DNA of 64,000 nucleotides from a virus (lineage: Duplodnaviria > Heunggongvirae > Uroviricota > Caudoviricetes). A program made the position numbers and the translations under genes. The stretch spans positions 1 through 64,000 of the IMG/VR virus record IMGVR_UViG_2563366840_000011; one strand, written 5' to 3'. Positions 12,301-26,916 of this stretch are shown piece after piece; position 1 is the first letter of the stretch; each line of letters begins with the position of its first letter. Below the pieces are notes generated by a model. The model saw only the letters and a list, made by a program, of their open reading frames with translations. It had not been told where the DNA came from and ran no database searches.

Positions 12301-12999
12301 TTACTGCGAAAGTTTGTTAATGGAAAGGAAGCCGCCAAAGTTGCCGACGTTATTGCGGAACTTACAACCGCTCAGGCATTTGCTGCATTTATCCTTCGTG
12401 ATATCGGACGTTGGCTGGTCATATTCATCCGCGACAGCCGGACCGCTATAACCGCACTCGTCACCGCGATAGGTCCAGGTGCAGGTGTTGGCCAGCATGA
12501 TACGTCCCGGAAAAACAGCGCCATCCGTTTCCGTCGGCGTGGACAGTACAAAAGAGGCACTCACCGCGCTCAGTTCGCTGCACTGCTCAATGCGCCAGCG
12601 GCTGATCACCTCCTGCTCCGGATCGGCGCCACTGTTTCCGTTGACGAAGTTCACCGCATCCAGAAAACGGGCGTAAACCTTACGCCGGACCACCGTTCCA
12701 CCGACCAGACTCTGCAGATCTTCCGCCATCCCGGTGACCATACCGTACAGGTTAGAAACCGTCAGTGTGGGGCGCGTACTGGTGCCTTTGCCATTCAGTT
12801 CAAAACCACTCCCCTGAATGGGATACGGCTGATACTGTCGCCCCTGCCAGGTGACCGGCTCACCTTTTTCGTTCTGCTCATTACAGAAAAAATAACGTTC
12901 TCCACCGACCTCTGTCAGGTCGATTTCCCAGAGCACCACGCTGGCCGACTGCTCCGCACGGGTGCATTCATTCAGTGTTTCCTGCCGGATATCCTGCAT
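12301..12999 (-). CDS. L: Tail tip protein L
   Basis: 232-aa ORF equal in length to lambda L, cysteine cluster near C-terminus. Confidence 0.85.
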   Translation of the reverse strand: MQDIRQETLNECTRAEQSASVVLWEIDLTEVGGERYFFCNEQNEKGEPVTWQGRQYQPYPIQGSGFELNGKGTSTRPTLTVSNLYGMVTGMAEDLQSLVGGTVVRRKVYARFLDAVNFVNGNSGADPEQEVISRWRIEQCSELSAVSASFVLSTPTETDGAVFPGRIMLANTCTWTYRGDECGYSGPAVADEYDQPTSDITKDKCSKCLSGCKFRNNVGNFGGFLSINKLSQ

Positions 13000-13328
13000 C
13001 AGTTCACCACCTGTTCAAACTCTGCGCTGAACTCAACACGCAGCATACTGACCCGCGACGACCATTTTGCGCAGGTCACCTTTATCTGCCGCCACTCATA
13101 AGGCGGCGTCCACAGAAAGGCTTTCCAGCCCCCGTGCTCAGCCAGAAACGACTCCAGCGCCGTGGCCTCCCAACGGGGAACAGAAAGCGTCACGCTGTAC
13201 GTTTTCAGGTCGGCATTCAGCCCGGCAGGCGCTCGCTGGGAATAGCCATCACCAAAGCGCACTTTCCTGACGGAAGGGGCCGAAGCCACATCCATACCGG
13301 GTTTCACTTTCCAGCGGAAGGTCTTCAT
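12999..13328 (-). CDS. M: Tail tip protein M
   Basis: 109-aa ORF, lambda M-like. Confidence 0.85.
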   Translation of the reverse strand: MKTFRWKVKPGMDVASAPSVRKVRFGDGYSQRAPAGLNADLKTYSVTLSVPRWEATALESFLAEHGGWKAFLWTPPYEWRQIKVTCAKWSSRVSMLRVEFSAEFEQVVN

Positions 13329-15904
13329 CGTCCACCTCCGGAGAACAGACCACCATCGCGCATCTGTGCCTGAATTTCATCACGGGCACCCTTGCGGGCC
13401 ATGTCATACACTGCCTTCATCATCTGTGGACCTGGCAGACCATTCGTACCGTCGTTCTGAATCACCACGTGATTGTTCTGATTAAAATTAATGCCTTCAG
13501 CCCGCCGCATCTGCGCCGGACTTCCGGCACCGCCCACATAACCACCTTCCGCATAGCCCCGCATCAGGCGGTACAGGTTGCCGACACCAATTCGGCTGGT
13601 TGCCTCCTTCGTGAAGACAAATTCACCACGGTGAACAATCCCCGCTGGCTCATATTTGCCGCCGGTTCCCGTAAATCCTCCGGTTGCAAAATGGAATTTC
13701 GCCGCAGCGGCCTGAATGGCTGTACCGCCTGATGCGGATGCGCCGCCACCAACAGCCCCGCCAATGGCGCTACCGATACTCCCGACAATCCCCACCATTG
13801 CCTGCTTAAGCAGAATTTCTGTCATCATGGACAGCACGGAACGGGTGAAGCTGCGCCAGTTCTGCTCACTGCCGGTCAGCATCGCCGCCATATTCTGCGC
13901 AATACCATCAAAGGTCTGCGTGGCTGCACTTTTAACCTGCGACATACTGTCCGTGGCGCTCTCTTCCCACTCACTCCAGCCGGACCTGAGGCCTGCCATC
14001 CAGCTCCCGCGAAGCTGGTCTTCAGCCGCCCAGGTCTTTTTCTGCTCTGACATGACGTTATTCAGCGCCAGCGAATTATCGCCATACTGTTCCTTCAGGC
14101 GCTGTTCTGTGGCTTCCCGCGCTGCCTGCCGGTCAGTAAGCCCCCGGTTTTTCGCCTCAATGGCTGCCCGTTTTGCCCGTTGTTGCTGTGCGAACTTATC
14201 CGCCTGCTGCGCCAGCGCGTTCAGGCGCTCCTGATACGTAACCTTGTCGCCAAGTGCAGCCAGCTGGCGTTTGTACTCCAGCGTCTCATCTTTATGCGCC
14301 AGCAGGGATTTCTCCTGTGCGGACAGCTGGCGACGTTGCGCCGCCTCCTCCAGTACCGCGAACTGACTCTCCGCCTTCCACAAATCCCGGCGCTGCTGGC
14401 TGATTTTCTCATTTGCTCCGGCATGCTTCTCCAGCGTCCGGAGTTCAGCCTGAAGCGTCAGCAGGGCAGCATGAGCACTGTCTTCCTGACGATCGCCCGC
14501 AGACACTTTCACGCCGGACTGTTTCGGCTTTTTCAGCGTCGCTTCATAATCCTTTTTCGCCGCCGCCATCAGCGTGTTGTAATCTGCCTGCAGGATTTTC
14601 CCGTCTTTCAGTGCCTTGTTCAGTTCTTCCTGACGGGCGGTATATTTCTCCAGCGGCGTCTGCAGGCGTTCGTAAGCCTTCTGCGCCTCTTCGGTATATT
14701 TCAGCCGTGATGCCTCAGACTCGGCCCAGTCCTTTGCTGCCATCTCTCTGGCCTTTTCAAGATCGGCCTGCAACGTGGCGGCTGAAAGCCCAAGTTGCGC
14801 ATTCGCTCTGTCCTCCCATGCTCCCCGGAGATTGGCAAGAAATGCTGAGGTTTTACCGCGCCGGTGGCTTCGGCTCTGATACCACTGCCATTTTTTGTCC
14901 GCCTCATCAAAAGCCTTTTCTGCTTTCTCCAGCATTCCCTGGGCAGTGTCCGGGCGACCAATATCCAGCACCGAATCCCACATGGATTTGAATGCCCGTG
15001 CTGTCCTGTCTGCCCAGGTCTCCAGCGTGCCCATGTTCTCTTTCAGGCGGCGGGTCTGGTCATCAAACCCTTTCGTTGCGGCCTCGTTCGCCGCCTGCAA
15101 TGCCCCGGCTTCATCTCCGGAACGCTGCAACTGAGCAACATACGCAATCTGCTCCGCCGTCACGTTATGGAACTGACGTGCCATCGCTGTCAGTCCCGAC
15201 GTCGGGTCTGTGGTCAGCTTCCCGAAGGCTTCAGCGACCTTGTCCACCTCCACGCCGGATGCAGAGGAGAAACGCGCCACACTCTGGCTGATCGCCTCAA
15301 ACTGCTCACCACCACGCACACCGGCATTCACCAGCGCCGTCAGTGACTCGCTGGTCTGGTTAAACGTCAGCCCTGCCGCCTGCCCGGCTCTGGACAGGGC
15401 CAGAATACGATCTGCCGTCAGTCCCGCCTGATTGCCGGAAAGGACCAGCGTTTTGTTGAAATCGGACAGGGTTGAGTTGCCCTGATACCAGGCATACGCC
15501 AGCGCACCGGTCGCCACCGCCAGCGAGGTGGCCCCCACCATCGGCAGGGTGATCGCACCGGCAAGCCCCCTGAACATGGGGATCATCCCGCCGAAGGAGT
15601 CCTTAACCTGACCACCCTGTTGCAGCAGGATCAGCCACGGACTTTGCCCGCCTGCAAGCTGCGTGGCCACGTCGGTGAACTGTGCAGGCAGCATACGCAT
15701 GGCGGCTTTATACTGCCCGACGGAAATCCCCGCTTTCTGTGCAGCCAGCGCCTGTCGGCTCAGCGACTGTTCAACGACTGCCGCTGTTTTTTTCGCATCA
15801 GTTTCCGTACCGGAAAAATGACGCCTGACTCTGGCCATCTGCTCGTCAAATCTGGCCGCATCCAGACTTAAATCAACGACCAGATCGCCTACCGGTTCAG
15901 CCAT
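13325..15904 (-). CDS. H: Tail tape measure protein H
   Basis: 859-aa ORF, coiled-coil-rich, lambda H-like termini. Confidence 0.9.
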   Translation of the reverse strand: MAEPVGDLVVDLSLDAARFDEQMARVRRHFSGTETDAKKTAAVVEQSLSRQALAAQKAGISVGQYKAAMRMLPAQFTDVATQLAGGQSPWLILLQQGGQVKDSFGGMIPMFRGLAGAITLPMVGATSLAVATGALAYAWYQGNSTLSDFNKTLVLSGNQAGLTADRILALSRAGQAAGLTFNQTSESLTALVNAGVRGGEQFEAISQSVARFSSASGVEVDKVAEAFGKLTTDPTSGLTAMARQFHNVTAEQIAYVAQLQRSGDEAGALQAANEAATKGFDDQTRRLKENMGTLETWADRTARAFKSMWDSVLDIGRPDTAQGMLEKAEKAFDEADKKWQWYQSRSHRRGKTSAFLANLRGAWEDRANAQLGLSAATLQADLEKAREMAAKDWAESEASRLKYTEEAQKAYERLQTPLEKYTARQEELNKALKDGKILQADYNTLMAAAKKDYEATLKKPKQSGVKVSAGDRQEDSAHAALLTLQAELRTLEKHAGANEKISQQRRDLWKAESQFAVLEEAAQRRQLSAQEKSLLAHKDETLEYKRQLAALGDKVTYQERLNALAQQADKFAQQQRAKRAAIEAKNRGLTDRQAAREATEQRLKEQYGDNSLALNNVMSEQKKTWAAEDQLRGSWMAGLRSGWSEWEESATDSMSQVKSAATQTFDGIAQNMAAMLTGSEQNWRSFTRSVLSMMTEILLKQAMVGIVGSIGSAIGGAVGGGASASGGTAIQAAAAKFHFATGGFTGTGGKYEPAGIVHRGEFVFTKEATSRIGVGNLYRLMRGYAEGGYVGGAGSPAQMRRAEGINFNQNNHVVIQNDGTNGLPGPQMMKAVYDMARKGARDEIQAQMRDGGLFSGGGR

Positions 15905-16735
15905 ACCGGACTCCTCCTGCGATCCCTTCTGATACTGTCATCAGCATTACGTCATCCTCCGTCATGTCCGCCACATCCGGGGAAGCGGGGATAACTTCAT
16001 TCCCGTCCGGGCCAAAACGAACGCCTCCGGCAAGCCCTGCCGCTTTCTGCATCAGCACATCATCTTCAGGCTCTTCGTCAGCCTCGCGCCGGTTCAGCAG
16101 ACTGAAATCCAGCGGATGCATATCCGGATCGCTGAAAAACAGGCTGAGCACGGTGTACGTCAGCCCGGAAAAGTGCATATCCAGCAGAACATCATGAAAA
16201 TAATGGGTACTGTAAAAGCGGTGCCAGTCGGCATACTCCGTGGATGACATCCCGGCAAGCATGGCACGCCAGTCGGGTCGCCCCATCTCGCGCGCCAGTT
16301 TCAGGGCAAAACTCAGCTCACCGTCGAACACTTTCCCGCAGAAACAGGCTCTGCAGGCCCGGCATCCTCTGCCTGTTCAGGGGCATCATTCACCACAAAC
16401 TCATACATACCGGACAGCCGGTACACCACGTTTTCAGCATGAGAAATTGCCTCTGTAGGCCAGGTGGTAAGCACTTCCTGCTCAATCTGTTTAACGGCTT
16501 CATTCATGGAAGGCATCTGCGTCTTCTGCGGATGGTTATGCCACAGGGACATCGCCACCACACAAGCACCGGTTCTGATGGCGTCTTCCACAGTAAACTT
16601 CCGGTTGCTGTCTGACTCCGCCTGTTCTGCCTGCCGTTTCATCAGGGCGAGATGCTCAATACGCTGCAGGGCTGACAGTTCAGAAAGCGTGACGGTCACA
16701 CCGTTATGTTCAAATGATTCGGTTTTCAGGAACAT
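15897..16735 (-). CDS. GT: Tail assembly chaperone GT fusion made by programmed -1 ribosomal frameshift from G into the T frame
   Basis: T-frame ORF (15897..16331) overlaps the 3' end of G; slippery heptamer GGGAAAG present at the overlap. Confidence 0.7.
16313..16735 (-). CDS. G: Tail assembly chaperone G
   Basis: 140-aa ORF matching lambda G. Confidence 0.85.
   Translation of the reverse strand: MFLKTESFEHNGVTVTLSELSALQRIEHLALMKRQAEQAESDSNRKFTVEDAIRTGACVVAMSLWHNHPQKTQMPSMNEAVKQIEQEVLTTWPTEAISHAENVVYRLSGMYEFVVNDAPEQAEDAGPAEPVSAGKCSTVS
16331..16337 (-). other. Slippery heptamer G GGA AAG for the G to GT -1 frameshift
   Basis: Plus-strand ctttccc = minus-strand GGGAAAG located in the last codons of G. 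Confidence 0.7.
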
Positions 16736-16750
16736 CGCTGACTCTCCGGA

Positions 16751-17491
16751 TTAACTGGCGGTGACGTTGATTTCTGCAACCGCAGCAAGTTCACCATTAC
16801 CGGATACGACCGGAATGTTGACCTTGCCTGCAGCAACACCTTTCACGGTGATGGTCATACCACTGACCGACACGGTGGCTTTTGTTTTATCCGCTGACAC
16901 CGCACGGAAGCTCTTGTCGGTTGCGCCTTCCGGCTGGAATGCCACGGTCAGCGTGGTGCTCTGCCCTTTCACCACCGAGGTGCTGGCAGGCGTCACGGTC
17001 ATGCCGGTTGCCGCTGTGACCGTGCTGTGATCTTCTGCCATCGACGGACGGCCCACATTGGTGACCTTCACCGTGCGGGTGATCACTTCCTTCGCCGTCA
17101 CCGCCTTACCGATACTGCTGACCCAGCCGCGGAACACATCGACCGTGCCATTCGGGAAGCGGATTTTATAGGCTCGGGTATCCCCTTCATTAAACCACGC
17201 CAGCAGCGCCTGCTGCCCCTGCTCTCCGGGCATCCACGCCAGCGTGAAGCTGGTATCTCCGGCAGATTTCTGCCCCTGCCCGGTCGCAGTCCAGTCCGCA
17301 TCTTCATCATCGAGATAGCTGTCGTCATAGGACTCAGCGGTCAGTTCGCCGGGCGTCAGGTCTTTAACTTTAGCCAGACGCGACCAGTCAACGTCTGAAA
17401 GCGGGTTCGCATAAGGGTCACCGTTCCCCTTATAAACCCACAGTGTGGTCCCGGCCCCTTTCACCGGCATTACTGGATTTGGTACAGGCAT
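16751..17491 (-). CDS. V: Major tail protein V (with C-terminal Ig-like domain)
   Basis: Lambda V-like sequence beginning MPVPNP; ORF track start at 17521 is upstream of the lambda-type start. Confidence 0.85.
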   Translation of the reverse strand: MPVPNPVMPVKGAGTTLWVYKGNGDPYANPLSDVDWSRLAKVKDLTPGELTAESYDDSYLDDEDADWTATGQGQKSAGDTSFTLAWMPGEQGQQALLAWFNEGDTRAYKIRFPNGTVDVFRGWVSSIGKAVTAKEVITRTVKVTNVGRPSMAEDHSTVTAATGMTVTPASTSVVKGQSTTLTVAFQPEGATDKSFRAVSADKTKATVSVSGMTITVKGVAAGKVNIPVVSGNGELAAVAEINVTAS

Positions 17492-17498
17492 AGCGTCC

Positions 17499-17894
17499 TC
17501 ACATTTCATAGGTAATGACATAAGTCAGATCGGCTGAACTCCACAGGCCCGCATCATCGTCGCGCCGGTAGTCATAGCCGCTGGCCACCATACTGGTGAT
17601 CAAATCTGACAGTGCCGGGATATCGCTCATCACCGGATAAATCCGGGACTCCATCCACGAATCCAGCTCTGAATCCGGCACCTGAGCAGGCAGGAAAACT
17701 TCAATATGCAGCTCCGCCTGCCAGGTATCGCTGTCCAGCTCTTCGCCCGTGTATTCAGCGCCGGTGAGATAAACGGCAATTGCCGGAAAATCCGCCTCAT
17801 CAAAAACAGCGGGGCGACCATCAAAAAGCGTCGCCCCGGTGTCATGCTTCTCCAGTGCATCCAGTACGGCTGCACGGAGTTCAGTATGTTTCAT
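17499..17894 (-). CDS. U: Tail terminator protein U
   Basis: 131-aa ORF, lambda U-like. Confidence 0.85.
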   Translation of the reverse strand: MKHTELRAAVLDALEKHDTGATLFDGRPAVFDEADFPAIAVYLTGAEYTGEELDSDTWQAELHIEVFLPAQVPDSELDSWMESRIYPVMSDIPALSDLITSMVASGYDYRRDDDAGLWSSADLTYVITYEM

Positions 17895-18469
17895 CGCTTT
17901 ATTACCATTCTCAGTTGATGCTGCAGCGCATAGCCCAGCTCTTTCGGAAGACGTTCACGCCGTATCCGTTCAATATTCTGTTTAAACGCCGTGGTAAGCG
18001 GCACCGCCATCGGGATTTTCACCACATCAATGGGGTAACGGTTTTTCCCGGCCACACGCTGCATGACATGCCACCGGCCATTTTTCAGTTGCTGAATAAA
18101 CGCGCCGGGAATACGACGGTTTCCCACCACAAGCACGCTGCCGCCACCTTTCAGGGATGAACGCTGCCCCTTTTTACGACGTCTGCGGCGGGAAAGGACA
18201 ACCCGCGCGTTACCCAGCTTGATTACGGGCAAATCCCCCCGGTTAACCCTGATTCTGGCCTGCGGATTTTTGACCGTGGCCCTTTTCAGCCTGGCCCTTT
18301 CCTTTACCAGTTTCCGGCGTACCTTTGTCTCACGGGCAACCTGTGACGCAGACTGCGATATCGCGGATGACGCAACGCGGTTAATGGCCATTGCGGCGGC
18401 ACCAGGCACCGCCGTTTTGCTGATACGGCTGAGGTTTTCAACGGCCTGCTCAAGACCTTTTATGGCCAT
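17891..18469 (-). CDS. Z: Tail completion protein Z
   Basis: 192-aa ORF, lambda Z-like. Confidence 0.85.
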   Translation of the reverse strand: MAIKGLEQAVENLSRISKTAVPGAAAMAINRVASSAISQSASQVARETKVRRKLVKERARLKRATVKNPQARIRVNRGDLPVIKLGNARVVLSRRRRRKKGQRSSLKGGGSVLVVGNRRIPGAFIQQLKNGRWHVMQRVAGKNRYPIDVVKIPMAVPLTTAFKQNIERIRRERLPKELGYALQHQLRMVIKR

Positions 18470-18480
18470 ACATCCCCCTT

Positions 18481-18834
18481 TCAGCGGCGACGGTTAACGG
18501 CAGGCGGCACGCCACGCCCAAGCCAGAGATGACAGCTTCCGCCATCATCCGGCGAAATCCGGTCCACCCAGAAGTTTTCCTCGCCGATGGTCAGTGTGTC
18601 TCCACGCCGCAGCTGCCGCACATCATCAGTCCGGACAAACAGGGACGGGCTGGAGCCTTCAACGCGCACCCCCTGTCCGGCATAGCTGATATTTTCAGGG
18701 TCATCAAAAACACCACGTATCACAGCACCGGACAGCTCACCGGATGTCATGGTGGCTGACGTTCCCATGTACCCGCGTATCGTTTCATCGGCGCGGGCAA
18801 TGGCAGCATCGAACAGGTTATCGGAATCAGCCAC
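18481..18834 (-). CDS. FII: Head-tail connector protein FII
   Basis: 117-aa ORF, lambda FII-like. Confidence 0.85.
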   Translation of the reverse strand: MADSDNLFDAAIARADETIRGYMGTSATMTSGELSGAVIRGVFDDPENISYAGQGVRVEGSSPSLFVRTDDVRQLRRGDTLTIGEENFWVDRISPDDGGSCHLWLGRGVPPAVNRRR

Positions 18835-18845
18835 AGCGCCTCCCG

Positions 18846-19241
18846 TTATTGCATTCTGGCCAGGCCATGTTCTGTCATTTCGGCTGCCACACCGGCAGAG
18901 ACACGAAACGCCGTTCCCGGCAGCACAAATGCCACAGGCTCATCCCGCGTGGCGTGAAGTGCATCAGTATGCAGCGTCACCAGTGCCACGACCGTGACCA
19001 GAGCAGCCGTATCAATCACGGTATCCGGCTGCGCTGATACCACCTCATTTTCATGTCCGGTCAGCGCATTTTCCGGGCTGACAGATGTGTCCTGACCGGC
19101 AGCGTCATCCGTGTCATCAAGCTCCTCTTCCAGCTCTGCCACACGGAGCACCAGTTCTTCTTTCGTCCCCGTCAGGCTGACATCACGGTTCAGTTGCTCA
19201 CCCAGCACCTGAAGACGGGCAATCAGTTCATCTTTCGTCAT
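18846..19241 (-). CDS. FI: DNA packaging protein FI
   Basis: Lambda FI-like; start taken at internal MTKDELIARL as in lambda. Confidence 0.8.
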   Translation of the reverse strand: MTKDELIARLQVLGEQLNRDVSLTGTKEELVLRVAELEEELDDTDDAAGQDTSVSPENALTGHENEVVSAQPDTVIDTAALVTVVALVTLHTDALHATRDEPVAFVLPGTAFRVSAGVAAEMTEHGLARMQ

Positions 19242-19282
19242 GGACTCCTCTACAGAGAGAAAATGGCCCCGAAGGGCCATGA

Positions 19283-20308
19283 TTACGCCAGTTGTACGGA
19301 CACGAACGCATCAGGATCAGCCAGCAGCATCAGCGGTGCTGACTGAATCATGGTGAACTCACGCGCCGGATCGCCGGTGGTCACCCAGTTTTTCGGGTAG
19401 CGGGCAGAGGCGTTAATACCTTCGCGCTGTGCGTCCGCATCCTGAATGCAGCCATAGGTGCGCAGACCGCGTGCCTGAGTGTTCCCCAGCACCATCGTGT
19501 TGTCCGGCAGGAAGTTCTTTTTGACGTCGTTTTCCACGTACTGTCCGGAATACACGACGATCGCCGTATCGCCATACATCCCCTTATAGGACACCGCTTC
19601 GCCCAGGTCTTTTACCGCTGTCTCCAGCTCGGAATTAGAGCCGCGACGGGTATCCAGCTTCTCCTTGACGGCTTTGAAGGAACGGAACAGCGCCCAGCCT
19701 TTCGGATCAAACACGATGATATTCACCACGCCGCTGGCGTTCAGCGCATAGGCTTCGATATCGTCGGTCGGGTCATACGTGGACTTGTCACGCTTGCTCC
19801 ACTCCGTACCACCGGACTGTGTGATGTTGTTCGCCGCACTGCGGCCCATATCCACCTCAACCGGATCGAAGGCTTCACCGGTCATGGTGTATTTGCCCTT
19901 AAGCACAGCAGAAACTGCCTGCATCTCTTCGACCTGAGCAATGGCCAGCTCTTCGTCTCGCATGTTCTGCATGATGATGCGACGGCGGCGGTAAGCCGGG
20001 TCCGCCAGATTCTGCGGATCTTCATCCGGCAGGCGACGCAGGGTCATCTGCGGATTCACCTCATGCTTGGGTTTGACATATCCCGGCGTAAATTCAGAGG
20101 TGGAGCCGCCACGGGAACGGATAACCTCACCGGAAACAATCGGCGAAACGTACAGCGCCATGTTTACCAGTCCCGGAATTTGTGAGAGATAGACTTTCTC
20201 CGTGGTGAAGGGATAGCTCTCACGGAAAAAGAGACGCAGAAACAGCGGATCAAACTTAAATTTCTGCTCATTTGCCGCCAGCAGCTGGGCGGTTGTGTAC
20301 ATCGACAT
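19283..20308 (-). CDS. E: Major capsid protein E
   Basis: Near-identity to lambda E from MSMYTTAQLL; ORF track start is 9 codons upstream. Confidence 0.9.
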   Translation of the reverse strand: MSMYTTAQLLAANEQKFKFDPLFLRLFFRESYPFTTEKVYLSQIPGLVNMALYVSPIVSGEVIRSRGGSTSEFTPGYVKPKHEVNPQMTLRRLPDEDPQNLADPAYRRRRIIMQNMRDEELAIAQVEEMQAVSAVLKGKYTMTGEAFDPVEVDMGRSAANNITQSGGTEWSKRDKSTYDPTDDIEAYALNASGVVNIIVFDPKGWALFRSFKAVKEKLDTRRGSNSELETAVKDLGEAVSYKGMYGDTAIVVYSGQYVENDVKKNFLPDNTMVLGNTQARGLRTYGCIQDADAQREGINASARYPKNWVTTGDPAREFTMIQSAPLMLLADPDAFVSVQLA

Positions 20309-20363
20309 AAAAAAATCCCGTAAAAAAAGCCGCACAGGCGGCCTTTAGTGATGAAGGGTAAAG

Positions 20364-20696
20364 TTAAACGATGCTGATTGCCGTTCCGGCAAACGCGGTC
20401 CGTTTTTTCGTCTCGTCGCTGGCAGCCTCCGGCCAGAGCACATCCTCATAACGGAACGTGCCGGACTTGTAGAACGTCAGCGTGGTGCTGGTCTGGTCAG
20501 CATCAACCGCCAGAATGCCAACGGCAGTACCGTCGGTGGTGCCATCCCACGCAACCAGCTTACGGGTGGAGGTGTCCAGCATCAGCGGGGTCATTGCAGG
20601 CGCTTTCGCACTCAATCCGCCGGGCGCGGTTGCCGTATGAGCCGGGTCACTGTTGCCCAGCGGCTGGTAATGGGTAAAGGTTTCTTTGCTCGTCAT
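20364..20696 (-). CDS. D: Head decoration protein D
   Basis: Lambda D-like from [10 protein letters not shown]. Confidence 0.85.
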   Translation of the reverse strand: MTSKETFTHYQPLGNSDPAHTATAPGGLSAKAPAMTPLMLDTSTRKLVAWDGTTDGTAVGILAVDADQTSTTLTFYKSGTFRYEDVLWPEAASDETKKRTAFAGTAISIV

Positions 20697-20705
20697 AAAC
20701 ATCCC

Positions 20706-21101
20706 TTACACTGGTGTGTTCAGCAAATCGTTAACGGCATCAGATGCCGGGTTACCTGCAGCCAGCGGTGCCGGTGCCCCCTGCATCAGACGATCCAGCG
20801 CAGTGTCACTGCGCGCCTGTGCACTCTGTGGTGCAGCTGCCAGAATGCGGCGGGCCGTTTCCACGGTCATACCGGGGGTTTCTGCCAGCACGCGGGCCTG
20901 TTCTTCGCGTCCGTGAGCCTCCTCACAGTTGAGGATCCCCATAATGCGGCTGTTTTCTGCCGCAACCGCAGCGGTGATCTGCGCGTTCACGTCCGGCTGC
21001 GCCGCGCTGGCGTTTTCGCCCTCCGTCGCTGGCACCACGTCAGTAACGTCAGCCTGCGAAGCAGTGGCTGAAACAGTTGTTGATTGAGTCTCTTTGGTCA
21101 T
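20706..21101 (-). CDS. Nu3: Scaffold protein Nu3, nested in-frame in the 3' third of C
   Basis: Internal Met followed by TKETQSTTV..., 131 codons to the shared stop, as in lambda. Confidence 0.6.
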   Translation of the reverse strand: MTKETQSTTVSATASQADVTDVVPATEGENASAAQPDVNAQITAAVAAENSRIMGILNCEEAHGREEQARVLAETPGMTVETARRILAAAPQSAQARSDTALDRLMQGAPAPLAAGNPASDAVNDLLNTPV

Positions 21102-22005
21102 TCGCCCTCCTGAGAGACGGGATTTACGTGCATCCAGTGCATCACGCATAACGGTGATCGCATCGGTGCTGTTGACAAGTTCATCAGCCAGTCCGGCATC
21201 AATGGCCTCCTGACCGCTGTACACTGCAGCCTCGGTATCCAGCACAGCCTGCACGGACAGGCCGGTATATGCCGACACCTTCTGTGCAAACATCCGGCGG
21301 GTTGCATCCATCCGGGACTGCAGTGTCTCCCGGACATCATCCGGTAGATGGCTGTAGGGGTTGCCATCCACCTTATGGCTGCCGCTGTAAATCAGCGTGA
21401 TTTCCACGCCCTGTTTCTCCAGTGCAGCGCCGTAATTACTGTGAGCCATCATGACGCCGATGGAGCCTGTCCGGGCGGTCTGCGTGACCAGACGCCGGGA
21501 GGCGGCACTGGCAAGCAGCTGACCTGCGCTGCAGTTCATGTCATTGGCCAGCGCCCATACCGGCTTTATGTCACGCACACGGGCGATGATGTCAGCGCAG
21601 TCAAATGCCCCCGCCACCATCCCGCCGGGCGTGTCCATATCGAGCAGAATGCCGTCCACCATCGGATCGCTGGCAGCCTGTTGCAGACGGGCGATAATGC
21701 CGTTGTAACCGGTCATCCCCGAGTACGGCTGCAGCGCCCGCGTCCGGCTGACCAGCGTGCCGGACACCGGCAGCACGGCGATGCCGTTCATGACCTGATA
21801 ACTGCGGGCCTGTCGTGGTCCGTCATCATCACCGGATAATGCCAGCGTCGCGAGTGCCTCCTGGGCAGTCAGGCTGTCGCCGGACACCGCATCCGTCAGG
21901 CGGCTGATCTCAAGCTGGCCTGCAAGCGCACAAAAGAAAACCCGCGCATAGGCGGGTTCAAGCATCAGCGGCTCATTAAAAGCCATGCTGGCAATATGCG
22001 GGAGA

Positions 22006-22025
<20 letters not shown>
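20706..22025 (-). CDS. C: Head maturation protease / scaffold protein C
   Basis: Lambda C-like sequence; GTG start at 22025 verified in the DNA (gtg acc gca gag ...). Confidence 0.85.
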
Positions 22026-25706
<3,681 letters not shown>

Positions 25707-25732
<26 letters not shown>

Positions 25733-26252
25733 TCAGCAACCCCGGTATCAGTTCATCCAGCGCGGCTGCTTTGTTCATGGCTTTGATGATATCCCGTTTC
25801 AGGAAATCAACATGTCGGTTTTCCAGTTCCGGAAAACGCCGCTGCACCGACAGGGGGATCCCGTCGAGAATACTGGCAATTTCACCTGCGATCCGCGACA
25901 GCACGAAAGTACAGAATGCGGTTTCCACCACTTCAGCGGAGTCTCTGGCATTTTTCAGCTCCTGTGCGTCGGCCTGCGCACGCGTAAGTCGATGGCGTTC
26001 GTACTCAATAGTCCCTGGCTGGAGATCTGTCTCGCTGGCCTGCCGCAGTTCTTCAACTTCCCGGCGCAGCTTTTCGTTCTCAATTTCAGCATCCCTTTCG
26101 GCATACCATCTTATAACGGCGGCAGAGTCATAAAGCACCTCATTACCCTTGCCACCGCCTCGCAGAACGGGCATTCCCTGTTCCTGCCAGTTCTGAATGG
26201 TACGGATACTCGCACCGAAAATGTCAGCCAGCTGCTTTTTGTTGACTTCCAT
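25707..26252 (-). CDS. nu1: Terminase small subunit Nu1
   Basis: 181-aa ORF matching lambda Nu1 (MEVNKKQLADIFGASIRTIQNWQEQGMP...). Confidence 0.9.
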
Positions 26253-26460
26253 TGTTCATTCCACGGCCAAAAACAGAGAAAGGAAACGACAGAGGCCCAA
26301 AAGCTCGTTTTCAGCACCTGTCGTTTCCTTTCTTTTCAGGGGGTATTTTAAATAAAAACATTAAGTTACGACGAAGAAGAACGGAAATGCCTTAAACCGG
26401 AAAATTTTCATAAATAGCGAAAACCCGCGAGGTCGCCGCCCCGTAACCTGTCGGATCGCC
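26253..26460 (-). promoter_or_regulatory. cos: cos packaging region (cosB terminase-binding sites, cosN nick site at ~26430..26441, start of cosQ)
   Basis: Plus strand contains aggtcgccgccc, the reverse complement of the lambda cohesive end GGGCGGCGACCT, ~189 bp upstream of Nu1; flanking sequence matches remembered lambda left/right end sequence. Confidence 0.8.
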
Positions 26461-26640
26461 GGAAAGGACCCGCAAAATGATAATAATTATCATCTGCATG
26501 TCACAACGTGCATCTACGCCATCAAACCACGTCAAATAATCAATTATGACGCAGATATCGTATTAATTGATCTGCATCAACTTAACGTAAAAACAACTTC
26601 AGACAATACAAATCAGCGACACTGAATACGGGACAACCTC

Positions 26641-26874
26641 ATGTCAACGAAGAACAGAACCCGCAGAACAACAACCCGCAACATCCGCTTTCCTAACCAA
26701 ATGATTGAACAAATTAACATCGCTCTTGAGCAAAAAGGGTCCGGGAATTTCTCAGCCTGGGTCATTGAAGCCTGCCGCCGGAGACTGTGCTCAGAAAAAA
26801 GAGTTTCTTCTGAAGCAAACAAAGAAAAGAGTGACATTACTGAATTGCTCAGAAAACAGGTCAGACCAGATTGA
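26641..26874 (+). CDS. Small ribbon-helix-helix-like DNA-binding protein (YlcI/DUF3950-like)
   Basis: 77-aa ORF; basic N-terminus followed by RHH-like IRFPNQMIEQINIALEQKG motif; cos-proximal position as for ylcI in DLP12. Confidence 0.45.
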   Translation: MSTKNRTRRTTTRNIRFPNQMIEQINIALEQKGSGNFSAWVIEACRRRLCSEKRVSSEANKEKSDITELLRKQVRPD

Positions 26875-26916
26875 AGCAATTTAGATAATCGTGCAGACTA
26901 CGCCCCCTCATATCAC

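Noticed and set aside
14180-15346. Several plus-strand ORFs (176, 192, 160 aa) opposite the tape measure gene H
   Set aside because: Antisense to H, low-complexity, no start context.
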